This document shows positions 38,901 to 47,491 of a DNA stretch of 52,981 bases, in pieces; positions within the stretch are counted from its first letter, which is position 1, and each line of letters opens with the position of its first letter. The notes under the pieces are model-generated. The model did no database searches, had not been told where the DNA came from, and saw nothing but the letters and a program-made list of their open reading frames with translations. This DNA is from a virus (taxonomy: Duplodnaviria; Caudoviricetes), in IMG/VR virus record IMGVR_UViG_3300018080_000230, positions 1 through 52,981 of that record; one strand, written 5' to 3'. The translations under genes were made by a program, and so were the position numbers.

Positions 38901-39809
38901 CTTGAGATTATCCTGTTCCCCTTCGGGCTTAAGGGGCTTTTCGTCCACGGTTTTAATTTCCGGTTTCGGTTCTTCTTTATAAACCTTCTGGACATCCTGG
39001 GGCAAAGATTTAACCTCATCCTCGGTCAAACTATGCCCTACCAGGCTATCCGGTTTCCGGGCCTCGGCTTTAAGGTTATCCCTGGATTTTTTATCAAGCT
39101 TGCTGACCGCCTCATCATTAATGACAAATTTCTTGGGCTCTGGTTCTTGCTTAAACTCATCCAGCTTGCCGGTTTTCTTGGCCGTGGTGATAAAGTCCTC
39201 GCCGGTCGCATGTGCCTGTAACATAATATCAAGCTGCTTATCCAGCTTGCGGATCGCCTTATTGTGTTCCCGCTTAATCTGCTGGTTTTTTCTCCTAACG
39301 GCCTCTGCAATTTTACCTTTCATTTCCTCCGGGGCAACTCCAAGCTTTTTAAATTCCCACTTCTTCTTTGCGATAAAAAGCTTCTTTTCCTTTTCCCCTA
39401 ATTCTTTTTTGACACCTTTCCTGGCAACCACCTTGCTTAATTTTTCCCGCTTTTCCTGGGAGATCGCTCTTTTCTCTTTCCTTAATTGCCTGGCTTCTTT
39501 TGAAAGCTCCCTTTTCTTTTCCCGTTGCTCCTGGCGAATCTTTGCGGTCTTTTTCTTTTTCTCCATATCAAGCTCGATGTGTTCCAGGTGTTTCCGCTTT
39601 GCATTCATGCCACCACCGGCAATGATACCCCATGTTCCACCGGCTTTTTTCTTGATAAGGATATGACGGCCATGCAGGGGGCTGGTATCATCCGTTATTG
39701 TAATCCAGCGTTCTGTTCCCACGGCTGCTGCACCGTAGTCAAAGGATTTAGGTTCTTTGGCCTTCTTTGCCTTTGACAAATCCGGGAATAATGATAAGAT
39801 CAGTTTCAT
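35973..39809 (-). CDS. large SNF2/SF2-like ATPase, putatively virion-packaged
   Basis: Walker A VGGGKT, DEYD, LTGTP, GVNAQ and QATGRHARTG in the C-terminal half; N-terminal DLSK|A and ERWITI motifs. Confidence 0.85.
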   Translation of the reverse strand: MKLILSLFPDLSKAKKAKEPKSFDYGAAAVGTERWITITDDTSPLHGRHILIKKKAGGTWGIIAGGGMNAKRKHLEHIELDMEKKKKTAKIRQEQREKKRELSKEARQLRKEKRAISQEKREKLSKVVARKGVKKELGEKEKKLFIAKKKWEFKKLGVAPEEMKGKIAEAVRRKNQQIKREHNKAIRKLDKQLDIMLQAHATGEDFITTAKKTGKLDEFKQEPEPKKFVINDEAVSKLDKKSRDNLKAEARKPDSLVGHSLTEDEVKSLPQDVQKVYKEEPKPEIKTVDEKPLKPEGEQDNLKLNDDGEPIPKEKITRDLTDEQREELRQRMLEIRRRKEMGESMGKEQGMPGFNVLESGDQAIENNDLSYKGTARFRDGENTQLYEKGDPGQVDENMAAKHDLMTMRMEEALSLKSHIEAHNDRLREIRKIDKRLKQVETKGAKVLDSLSGLEHVEISPDELLHRASKKFMSNKAIEDNRRLYDEINFAILGKTEGEEFRKKGIHTDPRMEKNIQQGAFEALNGVQVEVFGGTGIKKEVMQGLGIQGSTAVLAHLIMSGKTPGELKNIKEGLDKYIEKQHPQLVQDVLKKADHYDAVIKDLEEKRGVKEKLTDPSGKVVAEAALITGTAINRKQNEARVQKNLHLGTAMGSLQTIATLKHILDSGFKNGTIDMNVGKERKNVTQAIRGLGLKLKEKGVKYNVRKTDVGYKISVPVDSLKNYTKAVQREQARMDHLRAVKEGKTDKKGWLPDRFNKKITVVVDGKKKIVPLDMSKDPKYRHQQTAIRSSLAAMDKDKGGGMLHNIEVGGGKTAVSFGVFSELEKRDGKKLNKYYACPNKTAKQALDELHNFTKMKGKIVTNVKDLKNPKIDVKIITHDFYAKNVDAINAAGFEAGAVDEYDQLPEHTRTKTRRDKNLKYRLALTGTPVGNKGVMDTYAIMQYVSNKSKELGTTKEFRDKYNTIATGTTGWENSVVEGLKEHVSPFIYSSESKHDFKNKISEVKSNMTKKQKLKVIELNSRKREDRKALNLKAEKEEWSAKQRKAALDKIEQDYDALQERAILSGDAKHNGRFQALKQQIDQRFSKSKQGKKHKFIIHVSDGEARKSVVRNLEKTYGAGTVADMAEKAATKEEKQKIADKHLKNFRDKADVKFLVIDRDSTAGVNAQRADTAIFYQTPKTARDKIQATGRHARTGREKYGDAETVFMSDAENPIDSQRMSNMKREETLLEAIAGKGGAPRNIKWGGKAKPIAEEPKPVLAMKKKKEVKPVLAIKRRKAA

Positions 39810-39819
39810 TGTTTCCTCT

Positions 39820-40239
39820 TTATGATATATAGCCGTTTATCTCGAACTTGCCGGACGGCATCTTATACCATTGTATATGTAGCTGCTGCTTTATGGGCTG
39901 GTAAAATTCTCCCTTCTTGGTATCCTTATGAGCTATACCGATACTCGCCCTCCCTTTTGCGCCGGTCAAAATCCCCTCGTACTCTGTATTGTCTTCCTGT
40001 AACAATACATAGCCATGCTCATTAAACTTTTTTTCAATCTTATCCAGGGGAATTGTTTTATGATATTCTTTTCCAAGATTGCTTATAAAAGTAACAATCT
40101 TGTTTTTTGATGCCTGGTCGATTTTCTTCCACCGCTTGCCTTTACCGGTCTGCTGCAATGCCAGGCCCGGCCTCCCTTTTATCGGCTGCGCTTTTGACAA
40201 TCCAAGATTGCCAATGGTCTTTTTAAATAACTGGATCAT
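39820..40239 (-). CDS. putative head cargo protein
   Basis: GLSK|A leader, PGLALQQ...KRWKK motif, C-terminal QWYKMPSGKFEINGY domain. Confidence 0.65.
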   Translation of the reverse strand: MIQLFKKTIGNLGLSKAQPIKGRPGLALQQTGKGKRWKKIDQASKNKIVTFISNLGKEYHKTIPLDKIEKKFNEHGYVLLQEDNTEYEGILTGAKGRASIGIAHKDTKKGEFYQPIKQQLHIQWYKMPSGKFEINGYIS

Positions 40240-41132
40240 GAAAACAGTTTTGAGAAAAATCCTTTTTTCTTTTTAAGACTTTCCCCGGTCTGCATTTTCA
40301 TCTCTGCCGGTTTATCGCCATACTTTTTGCTGGCATTGTCAATGGCTTTATCAAGATCGGCTAATGAATTATGCTCCATTTCCAGGGGGCTTGTTTTGAT
40401 ATCCGTGGATTCCAGACCTTCAATGGTTTGCTCAAGCTTATTAACATAGTCGGTCAATTCCACTTTTTCCTTTTTGGCATGGGCTTCCCGGAAAAGCTTA
40501 ACCAGGCGATCCCGCTCGTCAATCATCCTGAGAATAAGGGTCTCAAGATTCCTGATCTCAATGTCTGTTGATTCGGGACGGCTTTTGATTTCTTTATAGG
40601 CATCCTCAATTTCCTTTTTGCGCCGTTCCAGTAAATTCATTTCCCTGGCGATCTCGCCATCCATTTTCTTGTGCTGCGATTCCTTATAGACCTTAAGGGC
40701 GACATCATACTGCGGGTCTTTTTCGTCAAGACAAATAATCTTGCGCCGGTTTCCAGCACCGGTTTCCCAATAACCGATCTGGTACATTCCATCTCTCGCT
40801 CCCCTGGCAAGCTTTTTCCTGAACTGACCACGTAAATGATTATGCACCTGCTTTTCCAGCCGGTTATAATCTATCCATTCCCCGTAAGTAGCCAGGGCCA
40901 CAATAACCATTTCCCGCATCTTGGCAGAAAATTGTTTTGCATCCAGGGGGATCACATCATTTATAGAAAGCTTGGATTTATTGATTTCATCCTTAGTTTT
41001 TTTAACACCGGCCTCGTTCTTGTGGTGTGTTATTTTTTCAATTCTTAATGCCTGGCCGTCCGATGTTCTGATAACCTTTCCCTCTTTTGCAGTTTCCAGG
41101 TCTAATACCGCCGTTTCATTTTCTTTATTCAC
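40236..41132 (-). CDS. hypothetical coiled-coil protein
   Basis: 298-aa ORF coupled to the MuF gene by a GTGA overlap. Confidence 0.7.
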   Translation of the reverse strand: MNKENETAVLDLETAKEGKVIRTSDGQALRIEKITHHKNEAGVKKTKDEINKSKLSINDVIPLDAKQFSAKMREMVIVALATYGEWIDYNRLEKQVHNHLRGQFRKKLARGARDGMYQIGYWETGAGNRRKIICLDEKDPQYDVALKVYKESQHKKMDGEIAREMNLLERRKKEIEDAYKEIKSRPESTDIEIRNLETLILRMIDERDRLVKLFREAHAKKEKVELTDYVNKLEQTIEGLESTDIKTSPLEMEHNSLADLDKAIDNASKKYGDKPAEMKMQTGESLKKKKGFFSKLFS

Positions 41133-42289
41133 GCTGCCTTCCTTTTCTTAAAAGATTCGTACCACTGTTCCCACTTCTTTGAATCTTCTTGTTTCATTCG
41201 TGGATATCCTTTTTCATCTATCCACTGAGATTCTGGAAAGAACTTATTCCAGTTACACCGGCAATGAGGATGCAAGGGTATGGTAGGCATCCATATCATT
41301 GAATCCGGTCTGCGTACCCACTTGCCGGAAACCGGGTCTTTCGTGTAGTGCGCTGCGTACCGGCCATAATTTGTTTTCCCTACCCATATTTGGGTCTTCC
41401 AGTTTCCGGGGGCATCGGTCTTCTGATAAATCTTACCATGAATCATATCCAGGCAATGCTCACACGCATCCGGGGCAGAATCCCCGATCACCCATTCCCC
41501 TTGAGACAGGGCATCAATATACCCGTTTGAATCCCCGTAAGATACCTCGGTCAATGCCACCCTTCTCCAATCCCGGTTATCGCTCCCAAGCTCCTGGAAT
41601 AAATTCTGCCGAATTTTCCCGGTCGCATAATTGTTCCGGTATCCATCAAGAATGATTCTCTTAGTCCCTTCTTTGACCTTATCAGTTTGGGTCTGGATGA
41701 GAGAGCCGGTAAAATCTTTTGAGAAAATCATAGACCTGGCTATGTCCGGTTTTACCCGGTATTTTTTCATGGCTTCAATAACGGTCTTTGGGAGTTTCCT
41801 GGGATCGACAAGTTTGAAAGGCAGGGCTGCGGATTCCCCGGCCCGGATCAATCCCAAAAGATGAGACCGAACAGCCACCATTTCCGCTATTGCCTTATTT
41901 TTTTCCGGGGATGGAAAATACTTTTTCATAAGCCGGTCAATCAGATCGATATCATCCGACTCGTATTTAGGCATGGCTTTTACCAAAGTCTCACGCCGTT
42001 TTCCCAAATTGAATTTTTCCAGAACAGCATTCTGGAAACTTTTCATGGGCTCTGCTAAATAAAGGTAATAGATATCCTCAAGAATAGCCTGGGGTTTATA
42101 GGTGTGAGGATTCCAGATTTTGCTTGAATCTTTTTCTTTAACGGCCTTGATTAATTCACTGGCATCATCTGTAGAAAAAGATAGATAAGAAGTAAAAGCC
42201 TTAAATAAATGAGGGGATAAGGCAAGTCTTTCCGATGCGCTCAAATCATCGTCGAAATTAACCTTGTACGCTTCTGTTAAGCCTTTCAC
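41129..42289 (-). CDS. MuF/SPP1 gp7-like minor head protein
   Basis: RDWRRVALTE, ACEHC and PLHPHCRC motifs; directly after the portal. Confidence 0.85.
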   Translation of the reverse strand: MKGLTEAYKVNFDDDLSASERLALSPHLFKAFTSYLSFSTDDASELIKAVKEKDSSKIWNPHTYKPQAILEDIYYLYLAEPMKSFQNAVLEKFNLGKRRETLVKAMPKYESDDIDLIDRLMKKYFPSPEKNKAIAEMVAVRSHLLGLIRAGESAALPFKLVDPRKLPKTVIEAMKKYRVKPDIARSMIFSKDFTGSLIQTQTDKVKEGTKRIILDGYRNNYATGKIRQNLFQELGSDNRDWRRVALTEVSYGDSNGYIDALSQGEWVIGDSAPDACEHCLDMIHGKIYQKTDAPGNWKTQIWVGKTNYGRYAAHYTKDPVSGKWVRRPDSMIWMPTIPLHPHCRCNWNKFFPESQWIDEKGYPRMKQEDSKKWEQWYESFKKRKAA

Positions 42290-44120
42290 TTATACGCCTT
42301 ATGGTAAAGGAAATGGATTTACCCATTTCCGCACCCTCGGCTGGCTTAAAGCGTCCACCGGTCTTAGCTTCGGGACTTTCCTGTGGTGTAACTTGTTCTC
42401 CCTCGACTGTGCCTTGCTCCCCGGTCGGTTCCTCTCCTGGTGCGCCTTCTTCTCCTTGTGCGCCTTCTTCCATTGAGAACTCACCGCCGGTTTGGGCTTT
42501 AGCCATTTTTTCTGATTGCCAGGCTTGAAAAAGTATCGGGTTGGCCGGGGCATCTAACCATTCCTGGTTTTCTCCTTCCGGTATCTCCTCATCATTCTCC
42601 TTGATAAGTTGACGTACCGTTGACCCGGTTTCCAACCTTAATTTTCTGATCTCAAGTTTATCTTTTGTGCGGTCTTCTTTGACACCCACCCAATAAAATT
42701 CATATTTACCGCCATCGATCTCATTGAGGATATTGTTATTGAAAATATCCGCAATGAAATCCATAAGGGGCTCAAACCCCTTATCTTTCGATGACTTGAT
42801 TTTATCAAGAGGGCTTCCCTGGGATAGCGGAGCAGCACCCATCCGCAATGACTGAAATCCGATCTCCTCCACGTCTATGCGGAAAAGCGCACCGCATATC
42901 TGAGCCATGAAGGTCAAGAATTTATGTTGCTCCTCGGACGTTGCGTTCTTTCCCTTGAACTCCACAAAGGAAACGCCCTTGCCGTCCTTGGTTCTCATAA
43001 TGGGTATCTTGTGCTTGTAATTGGGATTTGACATGGAAAGATAAAACTGGTCTTTGAAATCTTGTAGCTCCTGGGTGTTCCAGTTTCCGATAATGGACAA
43101 GACACCGGCTGGAAGTTTGTTCTCGGAAAAGGTGCTGGTCGAAAAGCTCAATCCGTTTATCCATGCCGTGACCGCTCTGATCAAAAGCTCAAGCTCGGCC
43201 ACGCCATATCCGAAAAACCTGATATCAGTCCTGGGATTCTCAGAAATGTTCAGCATTTCATTTCTGAGAAAGTAAGCCGTATCCCTGTTATAGATGCGCT
43301 GGACATAAACGATGTCATCCGGGTTTACATTCTTGTCCTCTAACAAATCATGGTCATGCAAAAGGGCTGGCTGCATCTGCTGTGGATTTTTCCCCTGGAA
43401 ATAAAGCTCTTTCATGTACCTGGGAACAAGGGGATAAATAGTTGCTGCATCCACGGCATAGAAACTGTGAATATCTCCTTTGCGTGTGCGCTGCAATTCG
43501 ATATTCACTTTGTCACAGGTAAGCCGGTCACGGATAACCTTGGTCACGAATTTTTTAAGGGTGTCCCTTTTCTGAAATCCAACATAACCCTCGTCCCATC
43601 CGGTATGATACAGGAATTGTTCAATCTCGGCCATGCGTTTCTTATCCTGTTCAGTCGCCTTGGCGTTCCGATCCTTGAGCCTTATCCTGTATCCAAGCTC
43701 GTCCAATCCTTCATCGGTCGGCTTTGTGAATCGTACCGCCTGGGCGATCCTGGTAGATATGATAGCTGCGGGGATTTCGGTATCGGCCATTTGCCGAAGA
43801 ACGTCAAAGGTAAGAAAACGCTTTGTGCGGATTTGCCCGTAAGATGAATACTCGTACATATCATACGGGTCTACCACATAGGATTTGAGATCGTCAAGCT
43901 GAACAGTGTTTGAGCGTTTGCGGTCGTTCAGGTCTGAGACTTTTTCCTGAATGTCCAAAACTCTGTTTTGGATATCAAGAGCTTTCTCAATCTGATTCGG
44001 ATCGACCCATTGAATAATTCCACCGGCTTGAATAGGAATTGGGGTATTTGAGGATTTTTGAATATTGGATTTCTTTTTATTCGTAATTCCAAGAGCTTCC
44101 AATTCTTCCAACTGGATCAT
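42258..44120 (-). CDS. portal protein
   Basis: FYAVDAATI, NPRTDI..GYG..ELE, P.GVLSI and IDVEEIGF...SKDKGFEPL motifs. Confidence 0.93.
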   Translation of the reverse strand: MIQLEELEALGITNKKKSNIQKSSNTPIPIQAGGIIQWVDPNQIEKALDIQNRVLDIQEKVSDLNDRKRSNTVQLDDLKSYVVDPYDMYEYSSYGQIRTKRFLTFDVLRQMADTEIPAAIISTRIAQAVRFTKPTDEGLDELGYRIRLKDRNAKATEQDKKRMAEIEQFLYHTGWDEGYVGFQKRDTLKKFVTKVIRDRLTCDKVNIELQRTRKGDIHSFYAVDAATIYPLVPRYMKELYFQGKNPQQMQPALLHDHDLLEDKNVNPDDIVYVQRIYNRDTAYFLRNEMLNISENPRTDIRFFGYGVAELELLIRAVTAWINGLSFSTSTFSENKLPAGVLSIIGNWNTQELQDFKDQFYLSMSNPNYKHKIPIMRTKDGKGVSFVEFKGKNATSEEQHKFLTFMAQICGALFRIDVEEIGFQSLRMGAAPLSQGSPLDKIKSSKDKGFEPLMDFIADIFNNNILNEIDGGKYEFYWVGVKEDRTKDKLEIRKLRLETGSTVRQLIKENDEEIPEGENQEWLDAPANPILFQAWQSEKMAKAQTGGEFSMEEGAQGEEGAPGEEPTGEQGTVEGEQVTPQESPEAKTGGRFKPAEGAEMGKSISFTIRRISERLNRSVQG

Positions 44121-44210
44121 TCATAACTCCTGAAAAAAAATTGAACTATGCTGATTATAATACCCTGTTTCTTAAGAAATAATAATAAGTTACAAATTTG
44201 TCAAGTCTTA

Positions 44211-44290
44211 TAAAAAGAGCCCAGGTCAAGGAGTAACCTGGGCTCAATGCCTGGCATTACCGAAAGGTAACGGAGTGTGCCATGTTTACC
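44211..44290 (-). ncRNA. candidate ~80-nt small RNA between terminase and portal genes
   Basis: Lies between a canonical promoter and a terminator (stem 44217-44226/44236-44245, then TTTTT); internal TGGCA/TGCCA and TTACC/GGTAA stems. Confidence 0.5.
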
Positions 44291-44295
44291 CTTAT

Positions 44296-44324
44296 AATAT
44301 ACCATATCTTGTGATCCCGGTCAA
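44296..44324 (-). promoter_or_regulatory. sigma70-type promoter TTGACC-17bp-TATTAT with TGn extension
   Basis: Exact 17-bp spacing. Confidence 0.7.
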
Positions 44325-44345
44325 GAAATCTCTACATTTTGGGGT

Positions 44346-46340
44346 TTATGCGCCGAAATCGAATCCGTGAGCGTCCAGGTCTGTATCGGTAATCATCTTG
44401 ACCACCATAGCGGTCGCATCGGCCACGTCCTTTGATCCCCCTGGTGGATGGTCAACTTTATTGTGGTTTATGTCCAATAGCTGCCTTAATTCGGTTTCCA
44501 GTTTTGGATAATCCATGCATCGAAAAAGACCGCTATAAACTACCCGCCGTAAATGGACATAGAGTTGATACTGAACTTTGTTGCTGAAAAATTTCACATC
44601 GGCATCCACGCCTTCCGATTCCAACTGCTGCTTTGCCAATTCACTTTGCCAGTGGTCATACTTAATTTTTCTCATGTTTGGGAAAACCATGTTTAAGGTA
44701 CTGACCACGTTTTGAACATTGACAAAATCCACCGGTATCTTCATGCCGGATTTGTCTTTGATAGGCAGAAATTCAACAATCAGATCAATGACCGGCATGG
44801 ACAAGACTTTGAACCTGGCTGCTGCCTCGGCCAGCGTTTTATTCTGAATATCTATGCGCTCACAATACCCGCACACAAGCGCATAGGTATCCCCGCTCAA
44901 TCCTGGATCACACGCAACAAACCGGATTCTATTATCACCGATCAACTTCTCATGCGTTCCCCGGCCACGGCCAACAAATTCGCCCTTTGCATTATACGAT
45001 CCTTCGGTAATGGTACTGCGTAACTTCATGGCCTTTAATTCTTCGAGACGTTTCATTTGATCGGGAATACACATTATCCTGAAATGCTCATTGAGATCAT
45101 CCACGGTTTTTATCTTAATGCTTTCATCCAAAGGATTGACTTTAATTAAACGGTCTGAAATCATTTCTGTAAAACTGATGGCCGTATATTTCCTTACCGC
45201 AACCACCTTGTTATCTTGCTTGATAACCCTTTCCGTAATTCCCCGTTTATACTCAGCGAAAGGTTTAAGCTCTTTGTCCATGATTTCTTTTATGCGCTCT
45301 GGATGCGCTGCAAAGAAACCGGTCTCAGGGGATTTCACATTGCAGTTATACGCAACGTCCGCAAACTCTGGATCGTCATCGAATATTTGCTGCAAATCTT
45401 CCTGGGTCAGATCGTCTCGTACCTCGACCGTCCGGGCCAGGTCTGTATAAACATTGGGGTTATTGATATTAGTTTTGTACCGCTCCCACCCGTAGTCAAT
45501 GGTATCGTTATCCGGGTATGTTATCAGCATCCCGCTTCCGTATTTTTTGAAAGTCGCCTTGCAGTTTGCGATCACGGTCTTAAGCTGCGCTTTCGCTTTT
45601 TCATACCTGGGCTTTGTGTTCGCCCTGGAAATCTCATCACCTACCCAAAAGTACACATTGAATCCCTGGAAAGCATCGGCTTCTGTATTGAATGAGCATA
45701 ACCGGATATTACCTGGGATATCCATTTCCTTGGTTTTAATATCTTTGCCATCCCGGATATCCATACCTAATCTTGATTGAAACCAGTTAAGACCGGTATC
45801 CGGGTCTATACAATGCTTCAAAGTATTACAAGCATTTTTAAAAAACACCTGCCGGGCCTGGCGTTCATTCACCACGGACACATTGATAAGGTCAATGGTT
45901 CTATCCGGGGTCAGTCCGAAATATCCATGAGGATCGATGAGGCATTTAAGCTGGTATGTTTTATAAACGTAAATCCCCTCACTTAAATAATTCTTTCCCG
46001 ATCTCATGCCCCATATCAGATCGGCTTCTTGCTTTGGTGGAATAAGGGAAAACGGGTCTTCACCGCAGATGGCCAGCCCTGCTTTTCTTTGACGATCAGA
46101 TAATTTTTTGTTCAAAAACTTTCTGAAAAAATATAGAACGTCAACAGGCTCGTACCTCCAAATATCATCAAAGGTTTTTTCTTCTTCCATATATGCCTGG
46201 TCAACAACATTTATATTCCGTCCGCTCGAAGCTTGGGGATGCGCTATGCTGCCGAAGTGAGTAGGGATTACCGGTTTAATTAAAACAGATTCGATCAAAG
46301 AGTCTTCGGAAATTCCACCGGAATTTTTCAATCTTGACAT
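44346..46340 (-). CDS. terL: terminase large subunit
   Basis: Walker A GMRSGKN, Walker B WVGDE, nuclease DPGLSGD and KVDHPPGGSKDVADA. Confidence 0.95.
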   Translation of the reverse strand: MSRLKNSGGISEDSLIESVLIKPVIPTHFGSIAHPQASSGRNINVVDQAYMEEEKTFDDIWRYEPVDVLYFFRKFLNKKLSDRQRKAGLAICGEDPFSLIPPKQEADLIWGMRSGKNYLSEGIYVYKTYQLKCLIDPHGYFGLTPDRTIDLINVSVVNERQARQVFFKNACNTLKHCIDPDTGLNWFQSRLGMDIRDGKDIKTKEMDIPGNIRLCSFNTEADAFQGFNVYFWVGDEISRANTKPRYEKAKAQLKTVIANCKATFKKYGSGMLITYPDNDTIDYGWERYKTNINNPNVYTDLARTVEVRDDLTQEDLQQIFDDDPEFADVAYNCNVKSPETGFFAAHPERIKEIMDKELKPFAEYKRGITERVIKQDNKVVAVRKYTAISFTEMISDRLIKVNPLDESIKIKTVDDLNEHFRIMCIPDQMKRLEELKAMKLRSTITEGSYNAKGEFVGRGRGTHEKLIGDNRIRFVACDPGLSGDTYALVCGYCERIDIQNKTLAEAAARFKVLSMPVIDLIVEFLPIKDKSGMKIPVDFVNVQNVVSTLNMVFPNMRKIKYDHWQSELAKQQLESEGVDADVKFFSNKVQYQLYVHLRRVVYSGLFRCMDYPKLETELRQLLDINHNKVDHPPGGSKDVADATAMVVKMITDTDLDAHGFDFGA

Positions 46341-46610
46341 TTATCCCCGCCACTTCTTTTTAAATATCGGCTTGTTACCGTGACAAAACCATCTATTATC
46401 AAACGTTCCCAGGACATCATAGTATCCTTTGTCCGTAGGACAGATAATAACTTTGTTTGGATAATAAATGTCACGCTCAAGCACGTGCCATAACCCGAAT
46501 ATGGCGGTCAATCTGCCCGTACCTTCTTCGATAATGGAATAGGTAAGATCGATAATAGGGCTGGCCGGTTCAAAATTAAGAATAACTTGTATTTTAAATC
46601 CTTGCTTCAT
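46341..46610 (-). CDS. hypothetical protein (possibly leaderless)
   Basis: Abuts terL; no RBS; ATG lies 2 nt after a promoter-like motif. Confidence 0.5.
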   Translation of the reverse strand: MKQGFKIQVILNFEPASPIIDLTYSIIEEGTGRLTAIFGLWHVLERDIYYPNKVIICPTDKGYYDVLGTFDNRWFCHGNKPIFKKKWRG

Positions 46611-46612
46611 AT

Positions 46613-46625
46613 CTATAATATAACA
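46613..46625 (-). promoter_or_regulatory. late-promoter-like motif TGTTATATTATAG
   Basis: Resembles late promoter cores I recall for A511 (TGCTAGATTATAG) and Kayviruses (TGTTATATTA); sits at the start of the morphogenesis block. Confidence 0.55.
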
Positions 46626-46661
46626 AAAAAAGAGCCGATGGGAGAGATGCCACCGGCTCTT
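46625..46661 (-). terminator. intrinsic terminator ending the accessory gene block
   Basis: AAGAGCCGGTGG...CCATCGGCTCTT followed by a T tract. Confidence 0.85.
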
Positions 46662-46746
46662 ACTTAACCACGGAGGGGAGCGGAATCGGCCAAGATCGAC
46701 CGCCCCCTGGCCAGAAAAGTTAAAAAGCTATTTCTAATATACATTT

Positions 46747-46956
46747 TTATTTCGGGGATTCCACTCTAATACTTTTCCTGATAATCTCTATTACCTTATT
46801 GTAATCATCAAGGGTTTGCACCTTCCAGTATTTTATACAATTCGGGGAATTGAAATAAATCTCCGCTCCTATTGCGTCCACCACCCTGGTCTGTTTGTAG
46901 TGAATAATTCCCCGCCGGTTCACCCAATAGTATCCGCTTCCATTAAACATAGTCAA
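46747..46956 (-). CDS. hypothetical protein
   Basis: Small co-oriented ORF. Confidence 0.6.
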   Translation of the reverse strand: MTMFNGSGYYWVNRRGIIHYKQTRVVDAIGAEIYFNSPNCIKYWKVQTLDDYNKVIEIIRKSIRVESPK

Positions 46957-47072
46957 GCTCCTTTACTCTGCATGACCGGCATTCTCTTTCTTGAAAAAGC
47001 TTTCCCTTTAAAATGCACTCATGGCAAATAGGATTAAAGCCCTTGGTCTTGAATGAATAATAGCAATTTTTT

Positions 47073-47267
47073 TTAAACAGGCGAAATACCAGAAGGATAA
47101 TTATTGCTGTCATCATCCAGCATATCAGGTCTGGTAACATTATCTACCCTTTTGCTTAATTCATTTCTGCAAGGGAGATGCGCCGGTCTGCCAGTACATT
47201 TTGTACGGTATAGCGGACACGCCTGGCACTCGGTAGAAACCGATTGAGTATCATCGTGTATACCCAT
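47073..47267 (-). CDS. small Cys-rich hypothetical protein
   Basis: CQACPLY..C motif; AGGAG RBS. Confidence 0.45.
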   Translation of the reverse strand: MGIHDDTQSVSTECQACPLYRTKCTGRPAHLPCRNELSKRVDNVTRPDMLDDDSNNYPSGISPV

Positions 47268-47491
47268 TAAAAATTACTCCTGAAAAACTGATCAAAGAAC
47301 AACATTGAGTCCTTTATTAATCATGGCCTCAAATCTATGTTTGCATACAGACATCCCTTCACCGTCAATAGTTCATAACCAGTAAAACGGTTCTCCTGGG
47401 GCTGACCGGCAATGTTCCTCATCTGGAAAACGGTAGATTTCATAATCTTTTGTTCTCATCACAAAAGTCATTCTGCCCTGGTCTGTTTCTG

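Noticed and set aside
40236-41132. Terminase small subunit
   Set aside because: No supporting motif, and the position (after MuF) is atypical; left as hypothetical.
44940-45170. Intein in the terminase
   Set aside because: The apparent extra segment lacks an N-terminal Cys/Ser block and a His-Asn end; it is probably a lineage-specific insertion.
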